A DNA stretch of 64,000 bases from contig CAXXHB010000003.1 of assembly GCA_963664815.2 (NCBI GenBank), forward strand, positions 3,008,001 to 3,072,000, written 5' to 3'. Shown here one piece after another: positions 41,952 to 50,659 of this stretch (position 1 is its first letter; every line of letters begins with the position of its first letter). A model generated the notes under the pieces. It did not search any database. It saw nothing but the letters and a program-made list of their open reading frames with translations, and was not told where the DNA came from. Position numbers and translations under genes: made by a program. This DNA is from Spirochaetota bacterium (GTDB taxonomy: Bacteria; Spirochaetota; UBA4802; UBA5550).

Positions 41952-43037
41952 TTATTCATGATAAGAAATAGTATAATATCCATGACTCTTTACCAATTCA
42001 TCACGCTCAGCAATCTTTAAATCCTCTATCACCATCTCCTTTACCAATTCCGTGAATGATGTTTTTGGTTCCCAACCAAGCTTTTCTTTTGCTTTAGATG
42101 GATCGCCCAATAGATTTTCAACTTCGGTTGGACGAAAATAGACCGGATCAATAGAGACTATGCATTTACCTAATTCATTGTAACCTTTCTCATCAACACC
42201 ATCACCTTCCCATATAATATTGATGCCCAACTCTCTTGCTGCTACATTAACGAAATCACGAACACTATATTGCACTCCCGTCGCAATAACAAAATCTTCA
42301 GGCTTTTCCTGTTGAAGCATAAGCCATTGCATTTCAATATAATCTCTAGCATGACCCCAATCCCGCAGAGCATTAAGATTCCCAAGAAACAGTTGATCCT
42401 GTAATCCAAGTTTAATACGTGCTAAAGCACGGGTAATCTTGCGTGTAACGAAGTTTTCTCCTCTTACTGGAGATTCGTGGTTGAACAGAATACCATTACA
42501 TGCATAGATGCCATATGCTTCACGGTAATTTACTGTAATCCAATATGCATATAGTTTAGCTACTGCATAGGGACTTCGAGGATAAAAAGGAGTTGTCTCT
42601 TTTTGTGGTATTTCCTGAACCAATCCAAAAAGTTCAGACGTACTGGCCTGGTAAAAACGTGTTTTTTTACTTAATCCGAGAATTCGGATTGCTTCAAGTA
42701 TACGCAATGCACCTAAAGCATCCGCATCTGCCGTATATTCAGGTTCTTCGAATGAAACAGCTACATGGCTCTGTGCAGCCAGATTATATATTTCATCCGG
42801 TTGAGTTTGTTGTATAATACGTGTTATATTAGAAGAGTCAGTTAAATCACCATGATGTAGAAAAAAACGGACTTCCGGATTGTGAGGGTCTTTATATAAA
42901 TGATCAATTCTCGTGGTATTAAAGCTGGATGCTCTTCTTTTAATTCCATGAACAGTATACCCTTTATTAAGTAGAAATTCTGCCAGATAAGATCCATCCT
43001 GTCCTGTAATACCTGTAATCAATGCAACCTTTTTCAT
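41952..43037 (-). CDS. gmd: GDP-mannose 4,6-dehydratase
   Basis: [51 protein letters not shown]. Confidence 0.97.
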   Translation of the reverse strand: MKKVALITGITGQDGSYLAEFLLNKGYTVHGIKRRASSFNTTRIDHLYKDPHNPEVRFFLHHGDLTDSSNITRIIQQTQPDEIYNLAAQSHVAVSFEEPEYTADADALGALRILEAIRILGLSKKTRFYQASTSELFGLVQEIPQKETTPFYPRSPYAVAKLYAYWITVNYREAYGIYACNGILFNHESPVRGENFVTRKITRALARIKLGLQDQLFLGNLNALRDWGHARDYIEMQWLMLQQEKPEDFVIATGVQYSVRDFVNVAARELGINIIWEGDGVDEKGYNELGKCIVSIDPVYFRPTEVENLLGDPSKAKEKLGWEPKTSFTELVKEMVIEDLKIAERDELVKSHGYYTISYHE

Positions 43038-43129
43038 AAATAAAATATTCTCCTTCAATTCTTTTTAAAAATTATACGTTTGTAAACTAGTAGCTTTCCT
43101 CTAACAAATATTACAAACATACAATAAAA

Positions 43130-43315
43130 TACGTATCTCCATTATTTCTTCTTCCAAAATAAATTACTGGCTACATAGACTTTTCACTTACTCCTTTCAG
43201 AATTAAAAACGAAGCTTAACAACGAATCCATTATAAAGTTCTTAGGTTTGAAATATTAGCTTTATCAATATTTAATAAAGATCTTACAATTCGAGAGAAA
43301 TCATTCCTAATAAAA
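43130..43315 (-). pseudogene. Highly degraded MarR-EPS regulator remnant
   Basis: Fragments ISLE / IDKANISNLR / LILKGVSEKS versus ISLE / IEKANISTQR / LTPKGISEKC of 44862..45203. Confidence 0.55.
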
Positions 43316-43395
43316 TATCACCATATTACATTTCCATTCATTCGACACTTAGCATTATTTTAAATAATTTATAAATATTTTTATATATTATTAAC

Positions 43396-43627
43396 TTATA
43401 GTTTCATACTTTCAAATTCTGCCTCTCCTGCATTTAAAATCATCAGTTTTTTACTCATTCCGTTTGCTATCAGAATATATCTACAAATCAAGTTTAATAT
43501 ATAGTTTATCTTCCACAGACTATCTCTCAACTTCGCGACATAACTATACAGGGACAACATATTCCCCTTTTATATATTAAAATTTTTGTATTTATTTTTC
43601 GTGGCGATATTTCCAATATTTTTTCAT
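43396..43627 (-). pseudogene. Degraded MarR-EPS regulator remnant with internal deletion
   Basis: AKLRDSLWKINYILNL / CRYILIANGMSKK / EAEFESMKL versus GKLGYSLGKVNYLLKSL / YRYVLTPKGISEK / EAEFIKMQI; 5' nucleotide similarity atgaa-aaaatattggaaatatc versus gtgaacaaaaatattgaaaatatc. Confidence 0.75.
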
Positions 43628-43651
43628 CAATTAAATAAATGAATAAAAAAT

Positions 43652-44830
43652 TTACTTAATAACTTTTTTCAGATCAGCGGCCTTATCGGTCTTCTCCCAT
43701 GGGAAAACATCCCTTCCAAAATGGCCATATGCGGCAGTATTATGGTAACACCACCCTTTCGGATGAGTTAAACCTAAAGATTTGATCAGCACAGCCGGCC
43801 TGAAACAGAATATCTCCTCCGACTCAAGTACCTGCTGAATTTTAGCTTCATCAACTTTTGCAGTCCCGAAAGTACTGATGTTTATACTCAGCGGTTTGGC
43901 AACACCGATAGCATAAGCAACCTGAATTTCGCATTTGTCGGCAAGTCCGGCAGCAACAATGTTTTTTGCAGCATACCTGGCATAATAGGCAGCTGACCTG
44001 TCCACCTTGGAAGGATCTTTGCCTGAAAAGGCTCCACCTCCATGACAGCCGACACCGCCATATGAATCTACAATGATTTTACGTCCGGTAAGACCGGCAT
44101 CACCATGAGGCCCGCCGATTACAAATTTTCCCGTGGGATTTATAAAATATTCTGTTTTATCAGTAAGCAGACCTGTATGTGACAATGTATCTTTTACAAC
44201 TTCAATAAGATCTTTTCTGATTTTGTCTAATGGTACTTCATCAGTCTGATGTGAAATAACTACGGAGGTGATTTCAACAGGTATCCCATTTACATGCCTT
44301 ACCGATACCTGCGACTTGGAATCGGGGCGAAGATAAGAGATCGCTTTTTTCTTCCTTATCTCCTGCAGTCTGTTTAGAAGTTTATGACTGTAAAGTATTG
44401 GTGCAGGCATCAATTCCGGAGTTGAATTGGTTGCATATCCGAACATCATTCCCTGATCACCCGCCCCCTGTTCATGCCCGTCATATTCATCAACACCCAT
44501 GGCAATGTCAGCAGACTGGCCATGTATTCTGCACATATATTCAAAAGTATCAGAACAAAACTCATATTCAGGTTTATCATAACCTATATTTTTTACTACA
44601 TTTCTTGCTATTTCTTCCGGATTAATCTTATTCCAGCCGTCACATGTTATTTCCCCGATATTTATTACAAAATTTGTTGATGCTGCTGTTTCGCATGCAA
44701 CACGGCTTTTAGGATCATGTTTAAGACATTCATCAAGTATTGCATCAGAAATCAGATCACAGAGCTTGTCAGGATGTCCTTCACTTACAGATTCTGATGT
44801 AAAAATATGATCAACTATCAATTTGCTCAT
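43652..44830 (-). CDS. metK: S-adenosylmethionine synthetase
   Basis: FTSESVSEGHPDK, GAGDQG, DSKSQV, GDAGLTGRKII, GGGAFSGKDPSKVDRS, YGHFGR. Confidence 0.98.
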   Translation of the reverse strand: MSKLIVDHIFTSESVSEGHPDKLCDLISDAILDECLKHDPKSRVACETAASTNFVINIGEITCDGWNKINPEEIARNVVKNIGYDKPEYEFCSDTFEYMCRIHGQSADIAMGVDEYDGHEQGAGDQGMMFGYATNSTPELMPAPILYSHKLLNRLQEIRKKKAISYLRPDSKSQVSVRHVNGIPVEITSVVISHQTDEVPLDKIRKDLIEVVKDTLSHTGLLTDKTEYFINPTGKFVIGGPHGDAGLTGRKIIVDSYGGVGCHGGGAFSGKDPSKVDRSAAYYARYAAKNIVAAGLADKCEIQVAYAIGVAKPLSINISTFGTAKVDEAKIQQVLESEEIFCFRPAVLIKSLGLTHPKGWCYHNTAAYGHFGRDVFPWEKTDKAADLKKVIK

Positions 44831-44861
44831 TATTTATTCCTTTTTATATAGATATTAAAAA

Positions 44862-45203
44862 TTATAACTGCTCAACCTCGCGTCTCAGTTCCTCTATCTC
44901 AATCTGCATCTTTATAAATTCCGCTTCCTTTCTCTTTAAAAAATCAGCGGTTATTTTACACTTTTCACTTATACCTTTCGGTGTTAAAACATATCTGTAA
45001 CTAAGCTTATTATCACTTTTAGAAAAATTTTCAATTTTTATAAGACCCTTTTCTGTAAGAGATTTAAGAAGATAATTCACCTTTCCAAGACTATATCCAA
45101 GCTTCCCAGCAAAATCACGCTGAGTCGATATATTAGCCTTTTCAATCTCTTTAAATATTGTATAGGTATCCTCGAGGGAGATATTTTCAATATTTTTGTT
45201 CAC
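44862..45203 (-). CDS. MarR-family EPS-associated transcriptional regulator (GTG start)
   Basis: TQRDFA..LGYSLGKVNYLLKSL..KG, YRYVLTPKG. Confidence 0.9.
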   Translation of the reverse strand: MNKNIENISLEDTYTIFKEIEKANISTQRDFAGKLGYSLGKVNYLLKSLTEKGLIKIENFSKSDNKLSYRYVLTPKGISEKCKITADFLKRKEAEFIKMQIEIEELRREVEQL

Positions 45204-45239
45204 TTGTTGAACAGTAGGTTAGTATGTTTTATTTGTCAA
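45197..45239 (-). promoter_or_regulatory. Promoter plus palindromic operator of the MarR gene
   Basis: TTGACA-N17-TACTGT, with GTG 7 nt downstream; palindrome TGTTCA-N5-TGAACA (45197-45213) also present at 12733-12749 and as GTTCA-N5-TGAAC at 41744-41758. Confidence 0.7.
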
Positions 45240-45336
45240 GCAGGAATGCTCTCAAAGTACACTGGCTTGCCAAAAATCCTTTATACTTACATAATATTTA
45301 AATAACCATATACTATTCATTTCTATTCTCTCCCCT

Positions 45337-45709
45337 GTCATTCCTGTGCATACAGGAATCTGTTTCTGATAAATACACTTTTACTACCCTATACAGATTC
45401 CGGCTCTGCGCTTCACTTCGGCCGGAATGACTGCGTTGGATTTCATCTTTTTATTCTCTCCAATTCACTCCCCCTGTCATTCCTGTGCATACAGGAATCT
45501 GTTTCTGATAAATACACTTTTACTACCCTATACAGATTCCGGCTCTGCGCTTCACTTCGGCCGGAATGACTGCGTTGGATTTCATCTTTTTATTCTCTCC
45601 AATTCACTCCCCCTGTCATTCCTGTGCATACAGGAATCTGTGCATGATAAATACTCTTTTACTACCCTATACAGATTCCGGTACTACGCTTCACTTCGGC
45701 CGGAATGAC
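45337..45709. repeat. Three tandem double-hairpin REP-like units (139-bp period)
   Basis: Units 45337-45431, 45476-45570 and 45615-45709: GTCATTCCTGTGCATACAGGAATCTG..CAGATTCCGG..CCGGAATGAC. Confidence 0.95.
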
Positions 45710-45718
45710 AGGGGGATA

Positions 45719-46018
45719 CTATATAATTCTTTCATATAAATCAATCCAGTCAGGATTCATCTCTTCTATAACATTCTCTTTATACTCTCTCTTCCATTTT
45801 TTCATCTGTTTCTCTTTAATAATTGCACTCTCAATACTTTCTGTCTGTTGATACCAGACCAGTTTAATACAATTATACCTTTGAGTAAACCCCTGATTGA
45901 TCTTACTCTTATGTTCAAAGATCCTGCGTTTCAAATCGTTTGTAACGCCAATATATAATACTGTATTAAATGGATTGCTCATTATATAAACATAATACAG
46001 GCTATTCACTTTTTTCAC
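45719..46018 (-). CDS. Small stand-alone GIY-YIG nuclease
   Basis: YYVYIM..LYIGVTNDLKRR..EHK, FT..Y...LVWY, AI..EKQMK.WKR..K...IE..NP.W.DL. Confidence 0.93.
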   Translation of the reverse strand: MKKVNSLYYVYIMSNPFNTVLYIGVTNDLKRRIFEHKSKINQGFTQRYNCIKLVWYQQTESIESAIIKEKQMKKWKREYKENVIEEMNPDWIDLYERII

Positions 46019-46024
46019 TCATCT

Positions 46025-46272
46025 GTCATTTCTGTGAATACTACGACTCTATCTCAGTACAGGTACAGGAATCTGTCTCTGGCAATTACTCTTATGCTAA
46101 CCTATACAGATTCCGGTACTCCGCTTTGCTTCGACCGGAATGACAGTTTTGGACTTCATCTTTTTATTCTCTCCACCGTCATTCCTGTGCATACAGGAAT
46201 CTGTTTCTGATAAATACTCTTTTACTATCCTCTACAGATTCCGGCTCTACGCTTCACTTCGGCCGGAATGAC
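46025..46272. repeat. Two further double-hairpin REP-like units
   Basis: 46025-46144 (with ~25-nt insert) and 46178-46272, same family and orientation as 45337-45709. Confidence 0.9.
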
Positions 46273-46318
46273 AGTGTTGGGCTTCATACTCTGCTTCAGC
46301 CGAAGTGACTTCAGTAAA

Positions 46319-47278
46319 CTACACAATTTCATTCCAGTATTTAATTATATCCTTAAGGCTTTTATTCAAATCTATCTTACTGTCCCATCCGGTAGCTTTT
46401 TTCAGTTTTTCGTTAGTCCCGATAATAATTTTATTGTCATTAGGCCTTATAAGGTTATGGTCAGTCTCCAGTTCTATCTTCAGATCAAGAATACCGCACA
46501 TCATCTCTATTACTTCACTAAGAGAAATACCCCTGCCACTGCAGATATTGTAAACCTCACCCTTAACACCACCGGTAAAAAGCCTGTAATATGCTCCGAC
46601 AACATCTCTTACATCAAGAAAGTCCCTTACAACCGAAATATCCCCGGTTATGAGTTTTTTATCTTTTTTTACCCCTTTTTTAATTTCAACAAGCTGCTTG
46701 GCAAATGATGAGATAACAAAGATATCTTTCTGCCCCGGCCCCAGGTGATTAAATGAACGTGTCATGACAATATCAAGACCGAAGCCGTCGCTGTATACTT
46801 TTGAAAGATTCTCCTGAGATACGCGGGCAACAGCATATGGACTTACAGGAGCCAGAGGATATTCCTCTCTTAACGGCAGATTCAGTTCATTCACATTTCC
46901 ATATTCTTCGGATGAACCGACTGACAGCACCCTGCAGTATGGAGAGACCTCCCTTATTATCTCCATAAGGTTTAAAAAAATATCCATATTATTCCTGAAG
47001 GAGAGTGACGGATTCTTCCAGCTGAAACCTACGCTGCTGTATGATGCCAGGTGCAGAATATACTCCGGCTGGAAGGTATAAATTATATTTTCAAGTATTC
47101 CATTATTGAGAAGATCAACCTGTTCAAACCTGACATTTGAATGAATTTTATCTTTATAATCAAAACATGGTGTATTAATATCTATGCCGAGTACATTGGA
47201 TTTTATTTTATTCATTTCAAGAAAATCTATAAAGTGCCGTGCCACGAATCCTGAAAAACCTGTGATAATTATCCGCAT
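46319..47278 (-). CDS. GDP-4-keto-6-deoxy-mannose reductase (Rmd)-like SDR
   Basis: TGFSGFVA, HLAS.SSV..SW, GSSEEYG, P.SPYAVAR, RSFNH.GPGQ, RDFLDVRD; start MRIII at 47278. Confidence 0.75.
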   Translation of the reverse strand: MRIIITGFSGFVARHFIDFLEMNKIKSNVLGIDINTPCFDYKDKIHSNVRFEQVDLLNNGILENIIYTFQPEYILHLASYSSVGFSWKNPSLSFRNNMDIFLNLMEIIREVSPYCRVLSVGSSEEYGNVNELNLPLREEYPLAPVSPYAVARVSQENLSKVYSDGFGLDIVMTRSFNHLGPGQKDIFVISSFAKQLVEIKKGVKKDKKLITGDISVVRDFLDVRDVVGAYYRLFTGGVKGEVYNICSGRGISLSEVIEMMCGILDLKIELETDHNLIRPNDNKIIIGTNEKLKKATGWDSKIDLNKSLKDIIKYWNEIV

Positions 47279-47357
47279 ATTATATCCTGCTCCTTTTAAA
47301 ATCCGGAAGTAGAAAAAGATAAGCCCGCAGCAGCATTCCTTCAACTCTCCTAAATCC

Positions 47358-47651
47358 TCAAATCTCTCCGCCAACCCTTAATATATGCTTGCGAAGCTCT
47401 TCACTGGAAATACAGTTCATGTCAATTAAATCAATTTTGTAGGGGAGCATAAGATCATCCAGATTTGCCCTTATACTGTTTAATTCGCCAAATGACAGAT
47501 CATCAGCCTCAACGCATAAATCAATATCGGAGCCATCTTTATAATTACCCCTGGCCCTTGATCCGTAAATCAGAATCCTCCTGATCTTTGGGTTTGATTT
47601 AATAACACCGGAAATTTTCGCCAGATGATTTTCTTTCAGTCCATATTTCAT
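47358..47651 (-). CDS. Minimal nucleotidyltransferase (MNT, MntA-type antitoxin)
   Basis: YGSRARG.Y..GSDIDL, KIDL. Confidence 0.9.
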   Translation of the reverse strand: MKYGLKENHLAKISGVIKSNPKIRRILIYGSRARGNYKDGSDIDLCVEADDLSFGELNSIRANLDDLMLPYKIDLIDMNCISSEELRKHILRVGGEI

Positions 47652-47652
47652 T

Positions 47653-48078
47653 TTACAGACCTTTCAGTTGCTTCTCTTTTATATTTAACATGGTTTTTTC
47701 AAACCCGGAGAAAAGCGGCGCATAAAGGGCTGCAATATCTTTAACTACCTGTTCTATAATCGACTGATCATAAGCATGAGAAGTGAGATTCCTTACCTGT
47801 ATCATCTGCATCCATACTTCACCATCTGAGATCAGCGATACCCTGAATGCCTCACGCGTTGCATCTCTCGATCCCCTTATCTCTGTATTACCCTGATATT
47901 CAAGATAATCTTTCATGCAGTTCCATGCGAGTTCATGAGTATACTCAAAAGACTGAATAACACCCTGCTTTTCAAGATCACTTAGATCCCTGCTGTTGAA
48001 TAAATCCACTGCTGACAAAAACTGTGATAAAGCTTTTGAGTAATTTGAAAGACGCTGAATCCATCTTATGTCATCCAT
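47653..48078 (-). CDS. HI0074-family nucleotidyltransferase substrate-binding/HEPN protein
   Basis: RW.QR..N, G.IQ.FE.T.ELAW..MKDYL, RN.TSH.Y (RX4H HEPN motif). Confidence 0.9.
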   Translation of the reverse strand: MDDIRWIQRLSNYSKALSQFLSAVDLFNSRDLSDLEKQGVIQSFEYTHELAWNCMKDYLEYQGNTEIRGSRDATREAFRVSLISDGEVWMQMIQVRNLTSHAYDQSIIEQVVKDIAALYAPLFSGFEKTMLNIKEKQLKGL

Positions 48079-48143
48079 TTTTTTACCGATAATTTAATTT
48101 AAACATTTTTTTTAAATTTCATCTGAAAATTTTATATATCAGA

Positions 48144-48172
48144 TTAATAACAGATACCGGAATGAACGTCAA
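48144..48172 (-). promoter_or_regulatory. Sigma70 promoter of the HI0074/MNT pair
   Basis: TTGACG-N17-TATTAA; lies in a ~90-bp block homologous to 51351-51439. Confidence 0.65.
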
Positions 48173-48247
48173 GTTAAATTCCTGCTCTTTAAAATCGGGG
48201 GGAGAATAAATCTGAGTGCAGATGGCAAAATACATTTAATTATTTTA

Positions 48248-48296
48248 CCGCCCGCTTCGCTCGATAGACACAGATGAAATCGGATGGACACAGATT
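48248..48296. repeat. CACAGAT-type short repeat arm
   Basis: ccgcccgcttcgctc..acacagatgaaatcggatggacacagatt; inverted counterpart atctgcgtttatc..atctgtgttcatctgtgg at 52581-52620. Confidence 0.5.
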
Positions 48297-48305
48297 AAAA
48301 AAGCT

Positions 48306-49001
48306 TCAGAGACACAAAGAGTTATCTTTACCGCGAAGCAGATCATATACTATTCTTTCAATATCCGACATAAACTCGTCCCATGATGGTTGTTCTATCC
48401 ATTTTACAGCATCAAATCTGTCTTTTGGTATACTCTTCAAAAGACCGGCCAGCACATAAGGATCCAGGCCCATCTCCTTCTCCCGGGCTTCATTAAGTAT
48501 TCTGTCCCAGTTAAACTTCCTGTTTTCTGCTATAACCCATATATCCGCAAAATCCTTTGCCTCAAGGCGGAGCAGGGCGCAGAGTTTGTTTGACAGGATA
48601 TTACTCCAGTCATCAGTTCTGTAATATACATCTGTCTCTGTAATGGCTCCGAATCGTTTTGCCACATCATTCACAAAATCAATCTTCAGCCTGACTTCAG
48701 GATACAACCGGGATTCAAGAAACAGTGATATGAAATCCTCTGAAATCAGAAAATCTCCGGAAGAAATAACATAACCGGAAGACTGAAAAGCTGACATCAC
48801 TTTATCCGTCTGGCTTCTGAATTCAGAATCATTCTCAATAAAAAAATCGAGGTCGTCAGAAAAACGATGATTAAAGTAACCTCTGCTTAGAGCTGTACCA
48901 CCTGTCAGAAAAAACCGTACTTCTGAGCTTCTCACGCAGTTCAGGACTCCATTCTGGAAAGGATAAAGGCTCTCCACGTAAAATTTTTTCCAGTCGTTCA
49001 A
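48306..49001 (-). CDS. AbiEii/AbiGii-family nucleotidyltransferase toxin
   Basis: FFLTGGTALSRGYFNHRFSDDLDFF, KIDF, NKL.AL.R...KD..D; TTG start at 49001 preceded by AGGAGG. Confidence 0.9.
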   Translation of the reverse strand: MNDWKKFYVESLYPFQNGVLNCVRSSEVRFFLTGGTALSRGYFNHRFSDDLDFFIENDSEFRSQTDKVMSAFQSSGYVISSGDFLISEDFISLFLESRLYPEVRLKIDFVNDVAKRFGAITETDVYYRTDDWSNILSNKLCALLRLEAKDFADIWVIAENRKFNWDRILNEAREKEMGLDPYVLAGLLKSIPKDRFDAVKWIEQPSWDEFMSDIERIVYDLLRGKDNSLCL

Positions 49002-49272
49002 GCTGTTCCCTCCTGCTTTTAATCCATACTTTTCCGATTGTCTCGGCATTAAGCATTTTTTCTGATAATTCCACACCCCATAAACCCGCAATGCGATGCC
49101 ACGGCATCCGTTCAAGACACCGGACAAATAACTGAACCCTGTCGAAAGGACCCGCAGATTCCCGTCGCCCCTCAATTACATCAAGAAGCTCAATAGTTTC
49201 TATACTGTAATCCCAGTTTAATCCCTTAAGAATATTCAGCTTATCTTCTTTCGAGTACATCATCAAAACCAT
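48871..49272 (-). CDS. Putative antitoxin partner of AbiEii
   Basis: L.WDY motif, R.LER; upstream of and overlapping the AbiEii gene. Confidence 0.7.
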   Translation of the reverse strand: MVLMMYSKEDKLNILKGLNWDYSIETIELLDVIEGRRESAGPFDRVQLFVRCLERMPWHRIAGLWGVELSEKMLNAETIGKVWIKSRREQLERLEKILRGEPLSFPEWSPELREKLRSTVFSDRWYSSKQRLL

Positions 49273-49429
49273 TCCCGGTTGTTGTCATACTAAAACACAC
49301 TTGAATAATACAAATATAATAAATTCTTTTGTCAATATACAATTACCCATATCATCCGGTTTTTTCAGAACCTGTATTGAATGAGACGGACCAGCCGCAT
49401 TTTAAAGCAAACTGAAATCCTCGCTTCAG

Positions 49430-49530
49430 TCTTTGAACACGATTTAAGGATTAAAGGATTTACACGATTCAGAAGGAGTATACTTCCACTAAATCCATAT
49501 AATCGTTTAATCCCGTAATCGTGTTCAGAC
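49430..49530. repeat. ~101-bp hairpin element, copy A
   Basis: TGAACACGATT..GGATT..GGATT....AATCC..AATC..AATCCCGTAATCGTGTTCAGAC. Confidence 0.9.
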
Positions 49531-49665
49531 AGTAAAACAGTAATTTAAACTTTTCTAACCCTACAAAATAAAAATTTTTCCATAAACCCCGGCTCCATCG
49601 TATTAATGAAAAGATCCGGTCAGTAATATAAAATCCATTTTTATTATATAAATTTCGGGGGTACT

Positions 49666-50631
49666 ATGAATAAAAAAACTGTTTTATTCTCTGTAATAAT
49701 CTTTGCTGCATCACTCATCGTTTGTTATAATGGCTGCGGCAGTAATAAAAGTTCAGATGATGCAGCAGAACCGGCAGGTGAGCAAACTGCTGCTGACGAA
49801 CCGGATACAGACGATAATAATGTTATACCCGGGCTCAGCTCGCTGATTGTTTCAACCGGTTCCATTACCCCGGATTTCAGCTTTGATATTTATCATTACG
49901 AGGTTTCGCTCACATCTGAAGTTTCTGAACTTGTCCTGACAACTGTACCCTCTGCCGGCTGTTCTGTTGAAATAGACAATACGCCAGTCACGTCAGAAGA
50001 TTTTCACTCTGTTATCTCCATAAGCAGCTCTGTAACTGAAACCACAGTTCTTGTGAATAATGAAAATGATGACGAAATTTCATATTCGTTATTATTTAAA
50101 AGGATGGAGGAAAAGCATATATCTAATTCATCTTTTGAAGTATTCAATACAACCAATAACCCGATAGCATGGGAAGTATCAGGTTCGGGAGAGGTAAAGT
50201 CTTCTTCTGCTTTTTTTCATACAGGATCATACTCCGGAACATTCACCACTCTCACCGGGAGTATAAGCGGACGGGAGTTACTCAGCCTGCCGATTGAGAT
50301 TGAACAGGGGAAAAGGATTATTGTATCCGCATGGTTCTGCATAGATTACATTGAGGGACTGTCACCGGAGAGGGATAACATGAGCCTTAAACTCTATTAT
50401 TTCGCAGATGAAACATGCGGATACCCGGCTGCAATCAAATTCAGCACCATGGCGAAAACATTTCTGAGCGTACAGGGAAGCTGGGAAAAAATAAAATATG
50501 AGCTGAGCCCCGAAAAGCTGCCGGAAGATGCTCATTTTGTACGTATCGGGCTGCGGGTCTGTTACGATAAAAACAATGGAGGAACCAGAAACGACAGAAT
50601 ATTCTTTGACGATATATCCCTTCAGCAATAA
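49666..50631 (+). CDS. Secreted or lipoprotein with cadherin-like beta-sandwich and carbohydrate-binding-like domain
   Basis: Signal peptide with Cys (..NGCGS), acidic linker, LSSL.VS.G.I.PDFS.D...Y, N.SFE...W, C-terminal FFDDISL. Confidence 0.7.
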   Translation: MNKKTVLFSVIIFAASLIVCYNGCGSNKSSDDAAEPAGEQTAADEPDTDDNNVIPGLSSLIVSTGSITPDFSFDIYHYEVSLTSEVSELVLTTVPSAGCSVEIDNTPVTSEDFHSVISISSSVTETTVLVNNENDDEISYSLLFKRMEEKHISNSSFEVFNTTNNPIAWEVSGSGEVKSSSAFFHTGSYSGTFTTLTGSISGRELLSLPIEIEQGKRIIVSAWFCIDYIEGLSPERDNMSLKLYYFADETCGYPAAIKFSTMAKTFLSVQGSWEKIKYELSPEKLPEDAHFVRIGLRVCYDKNNGGTRNDRIFFDDISLQQ

Positions 50632-50659
50632 AGAGAGTACACCCTCTGTTTATTGCTGT

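Noticed and set aside
2421-44680. Many short plus-strand ORFs antisense to cluster genes
   Set aside because: These are shadow ORFs of well-supported minus-strand genes.
44831-44861. SAM riboswitch upstream of metK
   Set aside because: Only 31 AT-rich bp separate marR and metK.
45337-45709. CRISPR array, or ORF 45427..45708
   Set aside because: Inter-palindrome segments are copies of each other rather than unique spacers; the ORF is just translated repeat.
47279-47374. N-terminal extension of the Rmd-like ORF
   Set aside because: The Rossmann motif starts at MRIII (47278), which has its own purine-rich RBS.
49002-49175. N-terminal 58 aa of the 289-aa AbiEii ORF
   Set aside because: It lies inside the antitoxin gene; the RBS-supported TTG at 49001 is the better start.
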